DNA of 64,000 bases from Chrysomallon squamiferum (lineage: Eukaryota > Animalia > Mollusca): NCBI GenBank assembly GCA_012295275.1, contig CM022679.1, positions 5,952,001-6,016,000 on the forward strand, in the 5' to 3' direction. The position numbers were made by a program, and so were the translations under genes. The notes beneath the pieces were generated by a model, which saw only the letters and a list, made by a program, of their open reading frames with translations, had not been told where the DNA came from and searched no databases. Of this stretch, positions 12,100 through 25,450 are shown piece after piece; position 1 is the stretch's first letter; every line of letters starts with the position of its first letter.

Positions 12100-15000
12100 A
12101 CAAACTAAATTGAATCCATGTATTTTTCAACACCTGAGCATTAAATTTATTAAAAACTGATGTCTGTTCTGTCAATGCAACCATGCTTGCATAATCGCCT
12201 CTATCTGTTAGAAAAATATTTCTTTTCTGCATCTGTTACTTGGCTCTGATTTTGGTTCTGATGAAGAAAACATTGTGAATTTACTCAACATTGATGAGAT
12301 TGAAAACAGGAAAGATCTGGAAGATCCATCACCTGCAATAACATGAATTATCATCCTTTGGTACTTTATGTTGCTTAAAGGCAATCAGTTGTTTAGAATG
12401 TTCAGCACTTGGAAATCATTAGTCCAATGAAAATGTTTTTAAAAAACAAAACATAAACAATTCCAATGAAATGATAATCCAAAAGAAAAAATTATAATAA
12501 AATAGGATAAATAACCCCAAATGTTTTCTTCCAAATTAGTTATATGAAATAAAAAATCTTTTATCTTCAGTATAATTATGGCATTTGTTAGTCAATATTG
12601 CTATACATAACCATATTATTAAAACAATTTTTCTAATGGAGTATGTAATAGAATATTTAACATTTTAGTACTGCATGAAAAAGAAAAAAGAGTAGCTTGC
12701 TGATTATTTCTGCTACTCTAGAAATGAGAACACTGAGTCTAATAACTTACTCAATTCGATTTCTCTGTCTGACATTTAAAAGCAGGTGTCTCACTTGTAC
12801 AAACTTTATAGCAGACATTTAACATTTTTTCTCCCTTTCCTTTCAATTCTGGCACCAGTATAAGTTTGAATGTCTAATTATCATTCTTTTGAAAAATATA
12901 TTTACTAGCACCTTTTTACCTTCTTCTTTTTAACACTTTTTAAACTATCTTTAATTTATATAAAATCTACAGTTTGTAATCAGGAATAGTTAAAGGTCTG
13001 AATCTAAAAACAACCCAACATGTTAGCACAAAAAAGTTTTTATCTAAACAACAGTTTATTTATAAATGCATGATATTTCAGACATAAATATATTCATATA
13101 TATCTACCATACTTAAAATTGCAAATGTAATCATAGCATTTGGGGATATACTTTTATTCTTTAAAGTTGTAAAGCAAATTCATGTACTTTATAAAGTCTA
13201 CTCTTTTTTCCTTTGATTTTCATCTTTTGTTAATTGATTTTATCTACTGTTTCAAAAATATATTTAATTTACATTAACTTTTATTATATTCCTATCACTA
13301 GGTGCATGGCCTTTTGTATTTATTTATTTATTTACTTATTTATTTATTTATTTTGTGTATGTTTTGTTTTTGTTGTTTTAAAAAAACCTTTAACCAAGCC
13401 AAGTTATGCTCATAAAACAGGCTCCTAAAAATTGTTTATGTTAAAACATTATTTTTTTTTCTCTCTCTCATATTGCAGTCAGATTACTTGGTCATGATTA
13501 TGAAGTTCTGCTCTGTTGAAAACTAACCTGCTTGTCTGCAATACTTATTTTTCATTGCCTCTGCTGTCAAAGGTTCCAAGTACAGCAGACACGGAAATGG
13601 GTAATGGTTACTGTCAGTAAAACTAGCATGAAGTTCAATTTTGAAAATGCAATCTTGAACAAAATAAAAAGGATAAAATCCAGTTATCTTTAGTCTGTAA
13701 CCATTCTGTCATTAACACCAGATAAAGATTTTATGCTATTCAAATATAGCATCTATACTGAATTAGATATCAGAATTAAAGTGAAATAAAAAAATTGCCA
13801 TAATTGTTGTTTTTAAATATATGTTAAAAACAATTTGAATAAATAATTAAATAATTAAAAATAATTAAAATTATAATGCATGTGATAAAATGTATCTTTA
13901 AATTTAAAGAAATTAAAATCAGACTTGTGTATGTGAGACAAAAAAAACAATATATATATATATATATTTGTATGTACTGATTCAACAGCCAACCAAGCCT
14001 AAAACTTTTTAAAATGATTAAACTAAATGATAAATAACAACATTACACATTATTACAGTAACATTTATTATTGCCCTTGTATTTATTTGTTTTTGTTAAG
14101 ACTACCAGTACTGTTCTACTATTTTTATTATTACTTTTTAGATATTTTCAAAATATAAAATACTGATTTTTGAAAGAAATAGTAATCAAAATTATTAATT
14201 ATTCTAAAGAAACTTAAACATATCATAAGAGAAAAGTCAAAACGTTTTGTATTAACAGCATTTTCCTCATGTAATCATGTTAGAAAAAATATATATTGAA
14301 CCAGTGCAATTCATTTTTGTCAGTATTTATTGTACAAAGTAATTATATATAATATAAAAATTAATATTAAAAAACAAAAAAAACAATACCCGAAAACCCC
14401 AAATCGCCCATATTGGTATCAAAATTATATTAATAAATAAACTGTCACGTTCTATTGGTCTTAATGTGAACATACTTTTTCCTGTGTTCCACTATAAAGT
14501 ATTTCAGTAAGTTCTGTTTCATGAAATTTAAAATATTACAGCAGGATTTCTGGATGAGTGCAATACTGCAAAATTGATTTCTTTCAAATTAGTCTCAGAA
14601 CATTCTGCACCTTACTTGCTATACTTCAGATCATTTACTTTTTCTTTTCTTCAAACATTTAAAAAAAAAAAAAATATATATATATATATATAAATTACAG
14701 TTTAAAAAATAGAAAGAAGTAAAAACACAAGAAGCTAGATCTTCTTTTTAAAAACATTCTGCCACTGATAAGATTAGAAAACTAAAATTTTACAAGAATA
14801 CATCTGTCTATATGTATTTACATATTATATTTGAGTCAAAAGATTCACAAATCATTATGAATGCTTTCTAAATTTTAAAAAAAAAAATGTACTCACAGTA
14901 ATGTAATTATTATTATTATTAAAATTTATTAATTCAAAGAGTACTTGCTCCCTTCTTTCTCTTTTTTTTAAATAATTGTAATCACATATGATCAATGTAA

Positions 15001-18000
15001 AAAATAACAATAATAATAAAAAAGGAAAAAAAAAAAAAACCTCAGAAGTAAAAGAGGGACAGATTTCCTTTTCTCTATGAATATACTATAAAATATTATA
15101 ATTCATCAATATGGCTTTCTGTAAACTTTGATTTGTATGTATTTACAGATAATAGATGTGAATTAAGTAAAATATTTTTATATAATCTATTTTTTATAGA
15201 TCTTTGTATATGATGGAAAAAAAAAAAAAATTTAAAAATTAAAAATACTGAAGGAAAAACTGAAAAAATTTCCTATTAAATTTGATTCAATTATGTAAAA
15301 ATTTCCTATTTATTTATTTATTATTTTTTTATTTTAGGTAGAAATATTCTGGTAAGGTAAATAAAAAATAATGGCAGTACCATCTATCTTGATTAAATCT
15401 AAAAAGTATGCCATTGAAAAGAAATGTAAGCAATTGTCTACATATTCTTTCTTTTTTTTTCTTTGTTTGTTTGTTTGTATATGTATATTGCAATATGCTT
15501 TAAATGCTTTCCCCCATGGACATGAACCAATGAAATTATTATTATCATTAAAATAGGAACAGGCATAGAAGAAAAATTTTGAAAAATAATTGTTTCAGTA
15601 TCTATGTATAATCAATTAAATAATTACTATTAATATTATCAAAAATAAATAATCATGAATTTTAATACTGTGTTTCAGCTATCAGATAATAAGCATTTTA
15701 ACATATTGTTATTGTTACTCCTTTGATGTGAACAACATCTTTTGATATGTTATCATTCCATGCATAACAAATACTCTGAAATAGACATTAAAGACAGGAC
15801 AGAATTTACTGTCTGTAGAGATAGAGATCAAATTAACAAGTATTATCTGATTAGATCACTACAAAACATTTCTTGGATCCCACAAGGAGCATTTATTTTC
15901 ACAGAAAGGCTGTTACACTGATGATTGTATGAGGGGTTGTGAATTGTAATTAATTTGATTGGACAATTAATTAACCAATTGGAATGAGTGGCCAAGAACA
16001 GCAGTGCATCACTCAAACTGACAGGAATGTTCATAGATGTGATAATAATTGGAAACAGAAGCAGGGATCGGTCAGATAATCAGGTGATTTTTGTCAGACA
16101 TATTTCTGTTGCGATTAAGCCTGGCGACTAAGTATTTTGGTTTATCTTAGTTGATTTAAACCAGGTGTTAACTGATTTCTGGAAAACAAGATAAAACATT
16201 TAAATACTGCTTTAAAATATTTAAATATCCTTGGTTAATATCTTCAACAAAACTGGATAAAAATTAGTTAGAGCAATACAGTAGGAATATTTAACAAAAT
16301 CTCTGTATAAATATGTTTATGAAATCAGACAGCCAGAACAATGACAGAGGCTGAGAGAAAAAACTGGTAGTACAGAAGATAAATTTGTTTTCATAGAAAA
16401 GAAAAGCAGTTTTAAAAATCCATACACAATGCAATAGTGATGGAAAGAAGAAATGAATATAATTAATTTCAAATTAAGATACAACTCAAATAGTTTCTAA
16501 AAATATCTCAAGAAAAACTCTTCTCTAATATAAATAATTATTCTGCTAATTCTTTCTAACTTGTTTACCTTTGAGAACTTTACAAGTAAAGAAATAAACT
16601 CTACAACCTCTACTTTAAAAGAGTATTAAGAGGTATAAGCATTCCAATTACTCTCCATACTTTCATAGAAAGACAAATTAAGGACTTTTAATTAAAGAAA
16701 AAGGAGGAAAAGACGAAGTAAGACAATTTAAAAATGTTTTCTTTAACTTCTTTTTTTTCAGTTTCAATCTTCACATCTCAAGATCTAAGAAAAGTTAAAT
16801 CAAGATGTTAGTTTTTGCAAGATTAACAAATTGTTATCTGTAAATAGTTACTAAACTGAGGTTAACACTATCATCAATACACCTGTTTCCATATGTAATG
16901 GATTTTAAATCAGACTCTTTACATGCCATTACTAAAATATGTCAACTTCAGTAAGTAATGAAAATGATATTTATATTACAATTTATACAAGTGAATTTGT
17001 TTGGACATAACTGCTTGCTTCACTGGTTATAATAGTTGAATACTTCTCATAGTCCATGAAGATTTCAAGACTTTTAATATTAAGACTTTTAAAATAAACA
17101 CTTTTATACATAAAAATGATATGAAAGAAATATTTCTGCTGCCTTTTTAATTTTATATGCATCCTCCCATAGTAAGAGCACAAATAATGGATATTTTGTG
17201 TGGCATTGGCTAGAAAAGGAAAGAGCTTAATGAAAATGTCCACAAGGGTGATTCTGTGCCACTAACATAAAAAAAACCCCACTATAATCATCAAATAGCA
17301 TTTAAACCATTACAGCCTGATTTATATACATCTAAATAAAACCAGTGGATATCACAAATATTTACTGGAGTGAATATAAAAAAATGTTAATATGAACAGC
17401 ATAACATTAATGCTAGTATGAAACTATATCATGGAAGTAATTAATGTTTCTCTTCCCCTGAAAAATATTAGCTTTTATCAAGACAAAAACTATTACACAG
17501 CAATTTTTTTTTATAAAGATTAATAAAATAAAAATATCAAGTTGAGTGTTAAATTATGCCATTCCAAAAATTAAAGATAAATTAAGTTAAATACAAGACC
17601 TTGTTTCAGTATAACCTGAAACTTCGTGATATTATCCCCCTTTCTTTTTCACTGACCATTATCACTACTTCTATGATAACAATGGATTTTTGGCTAATTA
17701 TTTAAATTATAATTTTATGTCTGATTGTTCGGATATATATGTGTATAAATGTTTCTCCGTTTTGAAATCCAATTATAAATTAAATAATTCTATAATTTTT
17801 TTGAAAAACGGTAAAAAAAAAAATATATATATATATATAAATAATAACAAAAAAAAAAAAAATAAAAAAAGCAAAGAAGAATTAAACTTTTTATTTTTTA
17901 TTTTTTTTTTTTTATTTTTTTTTGGCGTTTGTTGTACCAATAACGAAAACCTTTAAATCATCTTATTAAAGAATGAAAAACTGTGTATTCTATTTTGCTC

Positions 18001-18313
18001 GTTGTTATTATTATTTATTTATTTAATTCATTTATATTTCTTAGTTTACTTTATTCATTTTTCATTTATTTATTTTTTTATTTTTTATTTTTTTTAAATA
18101 TAAAACCACACAATGAGTATAAAAGTGAGCGTTTTTATTTTTTCCTTCCATTCACCAAGCGCTAACAGAACTAAATAATTGAATGTGAATTGTAAATTGT
18201 AGTAACTTGAGAAGAATATCTCAGTATGTTTATCTGTCTCACCTTTTCTTATCCACAAATATTTGGAACTGAATCAACAAGTTGTATATTTGCTGGATAT
18301 TAAAAACACTCAT
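12100..18313 (-). pseudogene. Decayed spliced gene, tentatively BBS10-like group II chaperonin N-terminus
   Basis: Exon-like blocks with canonical splice sites: 18243-18313 (MSVFNIQQIYNLLIQFQIFVDKK), 17616-17693 (QKSIVIIEVVIMVSEKERGIISRSF), 13528-13653 (CIFKIELHASF...AEAMKNKYCRQA) and 12332 downward (GDGSSRSFLFSISSMLSKF...IFF*). The exon 3-4 junction creates QAGDGS, similar to the chaperonin GDG loop (recalled BBS10: KTGDGAKTFIIFL). Exon 2-3 phase mismatch and an early stop. Confidence 0.35.
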
Positions 18314-18369
18314 TAAAATAATGATTAAATTTTTAATAAATTACTGACTATTTTGAACAAAAAGTCCAA

Positions 18370-18630
18370 ACGTTTTGTTTAAGAATTAGCAAATGTGGCG
18401 TCTGCTATCTTCGAGCGGTGTGCGTTTGTACAATGTGGTTTCCTCAAAACCATAAGCGCACCGGGGCGCGCTTTGGAAAAACTACAAAGGCTTCAAGGTA
18501 ATTGGAAACAAATTTACGACAAGTGTTGTCCTATCGCCTGAAGTGTGGAGACATGATAGTTTTTACAGACTTTCGCCACGGGATCGTTGATATATTTCTT
18601 CAAAGTTACCTTGTGGTCGCTTTACGGACA
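18370..18630. promoter_or_regulatory. CpG-rich promoter-like island upstream of the decayed minus-strand gene
   Basis: Abrupt CpG cluster (gcgcaccggggcgcgc etc.) 60-300 nt upstream of ATG 18313, close to the border of the CpG-depleted block. Confidence 0.5.
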
Positions 18631-19089
18631 ATGACAAATAATAAAAAAATATATAAGTTTTCTTGCAAATTGCAAATGAAAGAAACTATGCAGGACGATG
18701 ATTTTTTGCATAACATATATCATATACACAAACTCACATACATAAACGTGTGTGTGTGTGTGTGTATGCATGTATGTATGTACGCGCGCACACATACACA
18801 CATACATGTGGGTATATGTATTTATATGTGTATGTGTATATTTATATATAACAGATGATAAATAGATATGCAGCGATGGATAGTGTGAAATAAGGGAAGA
18901 ATATTTGTATAGTGTGTTTGTAAAATACATACAAATACATTTAAGGAAATCATATTTATATTAAAATGACAAAATATTTATGGGATAAAGGCGCGCTAAA
19001 AAAAACAAAAAAAATGGCGACCAATTCATAAGAATCATCTATTACTATTGCTTCTGCTCCTACAAATGATAGTATTTTTTATCTTTTAC

Positions 19090-19123
<34 letters not shown>

Positions 19124-20036
19124 ACCAGGTTTATAAAAATATAGAACTTTAAGGTTTTGGAGTACACTGATCGGTATAATATAGCAGTGGGCATAAAGCG
19201 TTGGAAAGCGGGCAAACAGCCTGTTCTTTTTGATACCGTTGTGCGGTTTTCAGAAACAATACTTTATTTTTTTGCATCGTGTTACATACATTGAATCGAA
19301 TACTGCTCATATCGTATCGCATATATCGCACCGGATCCAAGCATATCGTATCGTCTGACATTCCATGGCGTGGTGTTTTATAACTGTGTAGTGTTGTATC
19401 GTGTGGTTAGTGGTATGAAGATTGTCTAGAGTTTAAATTATCACATTCTCAGGAAAAATCCTATTTTTCTTTGGTAATTTAGTTATAACGATATATTAAA
19501 TGTTCGAAAACAGATCTGAGGTGAAAGGAAATTTGGAACCAACTTAGTCTGGGCTTTGTATGCTCCCTTTTCATTTTCTACAGCTGTGCAGTTACGTAGT
19601 GATCATAAAATAATCAACTAGACATTATTTTCGAGGAGACTTGTTTATGGTCTGTCGAAAATTAGGCTTTTGAATTTCTACCTGTAATTATCTGCCATTT
19701 AGAACTGGATATAAAATATCCTGACTTACAATATGAAAATGCCGTTAATTCTGCCACCTATTAGAATATTTGAAAAAAGATGGAATTTTTCATTTCCTAG
19801 AAAACTCGTTTAATACTTGTAAGATTCAGTACTTTTTTTTATGTGCACACATCAGGTGATATTTGTATTTCAGTAATTATTAGTATACATGTATTTATAA
19901 TATGACATTTGATGATTTAATCTTAACAGTTAGCTTTTTGGAGTCTTTTATTTAAACCTTCCCATAGACAAGAGAGCACATAATACGATTTTTCATAGCT
20001 GGAACGGAAAATAGCACAATTATCCGTTTAAGAAAT

Positions 20037-20071
<35 letters not shown>

Positions 20072-20192
20072 TTTTTATTATTATTATTATTATTATCATT
20101 ATCAACATCCAGCATGTTTTTAAAGATATCATATGTATCCACCACTATGTATTTGTTGTTGTGTTCTTCTTTTTTCTTCTTGTTTTATTGTT

Positions 20193-20224
<32 letters not shown>

Positions 20225-20506
20225 GACTAATATTTATAAACAGCCACAGTGATATCGCGTTTTTTAAAACAGTGGATCCGTCCCTGACATTCCCTACTAC
20301 GCAGTTGTGTAAAAACCGCATAAAATAACAATCGTTTTATTTTACAGTAAAAGTCATTAGTGCGTGACAAATGGTGATGTTATAATGTCAAGCAACCACA
20401 GGTACGCCTTCTCCACAGCGAGACAGCAGAGTGTGATTCTTATTCACTGTAATTCTGACACCACAAAACAGAAGCAAACATTTTGAAATAACAACTCTGT
20501 ATTAAT

Positions 20507-20545
<39 letters not shown>

Positions 20546-21216
20546 GGTGTCTATTATCGTTATCATCTAGACAGAAAAGCAGTCATAGAGACATATACTT
20601 TTAATAGTGTTATGAAAGTAAAATTTTATTTTTCATTTCCTGCAGTGAACCTACATTCACTAGTCAAAAGTTTTAAAACATAATTCTGAAAGAAACATTA
20701 GCGCTTAAAAATGAACTCCTTAAACATGTATAATTTAAACAATGAACGAATACATAAATAATTCAAATAATGAACGAAACCATAATATTATCAAATATAT
20801 ATAATTCAGGTAATAATCAAGAACAAGCATATATATATATTTTTTTTCTACTATATATATATAATTCAAGTACAGAACGACAACAAATATATAAATAAAT
20901 TAATGAACGAAAACAAAACTAATATATAATTTAAAAATGAATGTTTCTTAAAAAGATGTAACATATTCTGAAGTGTGCAAGATTAACAGCGACGTTATTG
21001 GTGTGTGTTTAGCACTGACATTTAGACCGACACAAGCACAGAGTTTGTTTTTCGCCAATGTTGAAAAATAATTGGCGAATTGCTCGTCGTTTTCCACAGG
21101 ATTATACACGACAGGCATCGTGCTGGAATTTTGTGTATAAAAACAACTCTCGTGCCTTGTACATGCAGCAATTTTACTATGTGGTGCCAGGGCAGAGAAT
21201 AGATGGTGATGATTAT

Positions 21217-21705
21217 TGTGAGGGGTTTTCTACTGTTCACTGTGGAATGGCCTCGGGGTTTTCTACTGCTTTAAATGTTATGAAGATTCTTATTAAATGA
21301 GGGAAAGGTTTTCTACTATATAAGAGGCATGAAGTGAGGGAAGGGTTTTCTGCTAAATAACCGGTATGTCGTGAGGGAAAGGTTTTCTTTTAAATAACAG
21401 GTATAAAGTGAACGGACGGTTTTCTAATACAGTGAAATACTGCGATAGTGTTCACCCGTACTAAATTGTATGTAGCGAGGAAACTGTTTTCTGAAGTCTC
21501 GTGAAGTTTGTAGAGTCTAGCATTTGTTTTCTACTATTCTGAATGATAGATAATGAAAGAAGAGTTTTGTACAACACTAAATGATATGAAGTGAATGGAT
21601 GGTTTTCTTATAATCTGAATGGTATGATTCAAAATAAGGGAAAGGTTTTCTGCTTAACTAAACTGTGAAATAAGGGGATGGTTTTATACTACTCTGAATG
21701 GTGTA
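21217..21705. repeat. Degenerate minisatellite, unit about 37 bp
   Basis: Recurring gtgagggaaaggttttctac(t)...ggtatgaa units, clearest at 21297-21430. Confidence 0.75.
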
Positions 21706-22094
21706 AAAGACCAAAATTAAATGTTTTTGCAGTACAAACAGTAAGGCCTTAAAACACCATAGTAGCAATAAAAACTTCATTATTCAAACACATTTTGTTT
21801 TCTTAAACTTCTTTTACCTTTTTTTTTTTCTTCCGAATGACGTGGAATCACTGACGCGAGAAAGGGGAAGCGGGGAGCGAGAACGTTTCTAGTACATATT
21901 ATATTTCATGTAACTTAAAACTTTGACTGAACTGATGTATTTTATTTTGTTATATGATATTCCAAAATGTCGCTGACACAAAGGTCGTTGTTTGGGTTTA
22001 CTGAAATAATTGTTGTTTTTCACAGCAGCTCAACCGAGTTTTATAAATGATTCAGGTAAATACATCCATCAGCTACTCAGATCTTAAGAACTTA

Positions 22095-22245
22095 CTTCTA
22101 CTACTACTACTATTACTACCGTTACTACCATTACTACTACAACTATTACTTCTACTAATACTAATACAACCATTACTACTATTACTACTTCTTCTACTAG
22201 TGCTAGTACTATTATCTACTGCTACTACTTTTGCCAGTACTATTT
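22095..22245. repeat. Degenerate (CTA/TTA)n trinucleotide tract
   Basis: ctactactactattactacc...; source of the spurious poly-Leu ORF at 22047-22250. Confidence 0.85.
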
Positions 22246-23203
22246 ATTGATCCTGTAATCACACCTCTACGAAAATTTGATTACTAGCTAGTCCGGCTGA
22301 TTTCCATAAAAAACGAAAGAAGATAAACAGTCTCCTTATTCCACATGGATATACAGAACATTTATGAATGTGTACACCAACTGTGAATACCAGTGAAAAT
22401 ACTTAATATTTAGCATGTAGGATTATTTTGAATATAAATCACAATTTTTAGTATACAAAACAGCTTAAACACCTCAAACAAAAATCGTCTAGCATCACAT
22501 TTATAACCAATTTCCCAACGCTGGCCCCTTCAGTATTGAAATTTTAACTAGCCTATGACTTAAATAATACAGCTGTATTATTGATAATATAATACATAAA
22601 AATACATCTAACCACTGACAACAAGTTAAGCTATTTCGAAACTTTATAATTAAAAAAAGCTTAAAACGTTTTCATTCAGGTTTTAAATCGACCTAATTAT
22701 GCATAAGACAGTAGATACAACCAGTTAGTGGTGTGTTTGTTTTTGTGTTTTTTTTTTTTTTTTTTTAACCTGTTTTACATTAGTCTAGTCTGGTTATAGA
22801 AGATATTTCACTAACTGTATTTTTGTGTTTGTTTTTTGTTGGTTTGATGTTTGTGGATGTTATTCTGTATGTATTTTCAAATTTCTGTGTATCTTATAGT
22901 TTCATGAACCACTGAAGTTAGTTTAACGTGTCTCCGAAATATTTCATATTTGTATTATATAATCATAAATAATAAATATATTAATAAATAATTTAATAAC
23001 TGCAGATTCTACAAGCAAAAATAAATCATCAAATGCCTACGTTTGTGCATATACACAATATAAATGCACACATAAAGACATACCTACATATATACTACAT
23101 ACGTACATATAGATATGCACATAGATGCACACATATACGTGAAATATTATATACATAACAGATATACATACATACACACACATACATACACGTATGTACA
23201 TAC

Positions 23204-23270
23204 CTGGAGGACAGTGGCATTCTGTCGCTCTCTTCACTATGGTCTTGTGTGTTTGGAAATTCTTCAAATG
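23204..23270 (-). CDS. MACIT collagen coding exon 2: convertase site followed by CxCPPG, the entry to the COL1 domain
   Basis: Acceptor ttatttttctgcAG, donor CCAG|GTATG (phase 1, first base of a Gly codon as in collagen genes). Encodes HLKNFQTHKTIVKR-ATECHCPP(G), matching the basic site + ECxCPxG arrangement of COL13/23/25. Confidence 0.85.
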
Positions 23271-23780
23271 CTGCAGAAAAATAAAAATAAATGCGGACAG
23301 AAATTATGAGGACCGTAGTCACAAAGTCGCACTCGAAACTTTTATCTCGACATTAACTTTAGTTTATCACGTACTATCGGACTATAAACTCATAACGTTA
23401 ATATTGTAAGTCCTTAATGTCAAGGTGATGGTCTTTTCTGAGAACTGACAGAGTCGAACAACTAGTTAAACACAGAGAAACGTTTAAAAGGTAAATTAAA
23501 AGTCCGTTTTATAATAAGGCTTGTCTGGAGCCCGGTGAGATTATATATAACAAATAGGTATAACAATAAATATAGTTAATGAATATAATAATATATGCAT
23601 TAACTGCTTATTTAAGTACTTTTAACAAGCTGAAGTAAAACTGTATGCAAAAGTGATAGTGAGTGTAATAATAATTGTAATAAATAGGTATAACAGTAAG
23701 TATATTTAATGGATGCAATAAACTGGTAAGATAGTTGAATATAATAAATATATGTGAAAGTATATATGATGATAAATATG

Positions 23781-23784
<4 letters not shown>

Positions 23785-23833
<49 letters not shown>
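23785..23833. repeat. (TA)n microsatellite
   Basis: Perfect run. Confidence 0.95.
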
Positions 23834-23836
<3 letters not shown>

Positions 23837-24552
23837 AAGGTGTGCTTTAATATATGTTATAAACAGGTGTAATAGTTTATTTAAATTTAATTAACTTATA
23901 TAATATGCTTCTGTATTATGTCAGTAATAAAAGGATATGGGAAATTTAATAAATGTATTTATAATATATGGATATGATAATTTTTATAAAATGGGGTAAA
24001 ACATTACTGGAATAAATAGGTGAATTCGTGTTTATAATTAATGAATATAATAGTAATTATCATAAACGGGTCTATTAACATAATCAAGGAATGGTTGTGT
24101 GTATATGTGTGTGCATATGTGTATGTATATATGCATGTGTGTGTGTGTGTGTATGTATATATATATATATATATATTGAAGGGGGCATATTAGTATTTGT
24201 AATAAATGAATGGATAAATTAGTAGTACGATTATATATATATCTATAAACAATTAGTATAATAATAATAATAATAATGGTCAAAATCATATATATGCATA
24301 TAACCTCTTTATTTACATTTGTAATGGTTTGGGTTGATTTAACTAACATGTCATAATTATTTCTTTTTTATCTTTAAATCTTTCTCTCCGGCTTACAAAC
24401 AGGAGAAAAACGAAAACACCCACCCCACTCCACCTGATCTTCTTGTTGTCTCTGTCCTAACGCCAGTAACACAGATATTATTTAAAAAATGAATAAACAA
24501 AATCTTTCTCGTCTGCTGATGATATATAGGACAGTAATAAAATTTAACCTAC

Positions 24553-24807
24553 CTGTTTTATAAGTACATCCAGTTCGCTTTTTATATATTTATCAAAATG
24601 CTGTTTGTAGTTGTCACACTCGTCTTCTAACGTCTCCACTCTGTTCTGCAGTGACAGCAAGGCACTGTGGTAGGACAGCATAGACCACGCAACAAACGCA
24701 ATTAACAAACTAAGTAGAGTAATTCCGAAACAAGCTAAAATCCACACGAATAACCGTGAACATAGATTATGGCTCCCGCCTGTCCCTCCTGTTCGGGTTT
24801 TCTCCAT
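24553..24807 (-). CDS. Membrane-associated collagen (MACIT; COL13/23/25/col-99-like), coding exon 1: short cytosolic tail, type II TM anchor, coiled coil
   Basis: ATG at 24807; 85 codons MEKTRTGGTGGSHNLCSR-LFVWILACFGITLLSLLIAFVAWSML (TM)-SYHSALLSLQNRVETLEDEC...ELDVLIKQ (heptad-like); ends at CAG|GTAGGT donor, phase 0, in frame with the exon at 23270. Confidence 0.85.
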
Positions 24808-25450
24808 ATCGACCGTCTTCTTTTATTTATTTCTCTTATCACCCCTCTATTTTTATTTTTATTTTATTTTTATTTTTTTTTTTCCTTTTGAAAATATATT
24901 TTAATTATTTTTTAAAAATCATCCCTGGATTTTAATTATTATTATTATTTTTATTATTATTATTCTTTTTTTTTTTTTTTTTTTTTGCCTACGATAACGA
25001 TATTTTCCACCGGTCCGACATGGACGTAGTATAATCGGCGAGTACAGCAACGTGAATGGGTAACAGCAACGAAAGCTATACTGCTACATATCCCGCGTCG
25101 GTTGATAGAGATAGTTTCTCCACTTCGGTTAGCTCGACCGGCGTTACAAGGGCTAATCCATTGGCTTGGGGAAGGGATGGCGAAACGAATGGGCGTCACC
25201 AGCCACAAATGTTGATACTTTCTCTAATAGTTTGGGCAGAAATAAGCAGACATCATCAAAAAGAAATGCCTGTCAAGCGTTGAGAGCACTGCGTTCTAAC
25301 AAACTTTCTAGTGGAGACGAGAAAAGAGAAAAGAGGGGACCTACAACTTACACTCACTGAGATCATTAGTTGGTAGTGAATGGAAAAAGTTCATTGGAGA
25401 AACGAGTGATTCTGTAAGACAGATGGCAAGAATAAGACGCGTGTATCAAA
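24808..25450 (-). promoter_or_regulatory. CpG-rich 5' UTR/promoter region of the MACIT collagen gene
   Basis: Locally GC- and CpG-rich stretch (about 24990-25450) directly upstream of the ATG at 24807; TSS cannot be placed. Confidence 0.5.

Noticed and set aside
21217-21705. Regularly spaced repeats as a CRISPR-like array (also 35455-35805 and 43100-43460)
   Set aside because: Units are degenerate tandem copies without unique spacers, the context is eukaryotic and there are no cas genes; these are minisatellites.
22047-22250. Poly-Leu ORF resembling a signal or TM peptide
   Set aside because: Translation of a degenerate (CTA/TTA)n microsatellite with no supporting splice context.
1-23203. 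Gly-X-Y collagen exons continuing the MACIT gene
   Set aside because: None found by eye on the minus strand; very short micro-exons could have been missed.
24960-25360. Three overlapping ORFs near the MACIT 5' end
   Set aside because: Expected by chance in a GC-richer UTR or promoter; no recognisable motif. uORF function cannot be excluded.
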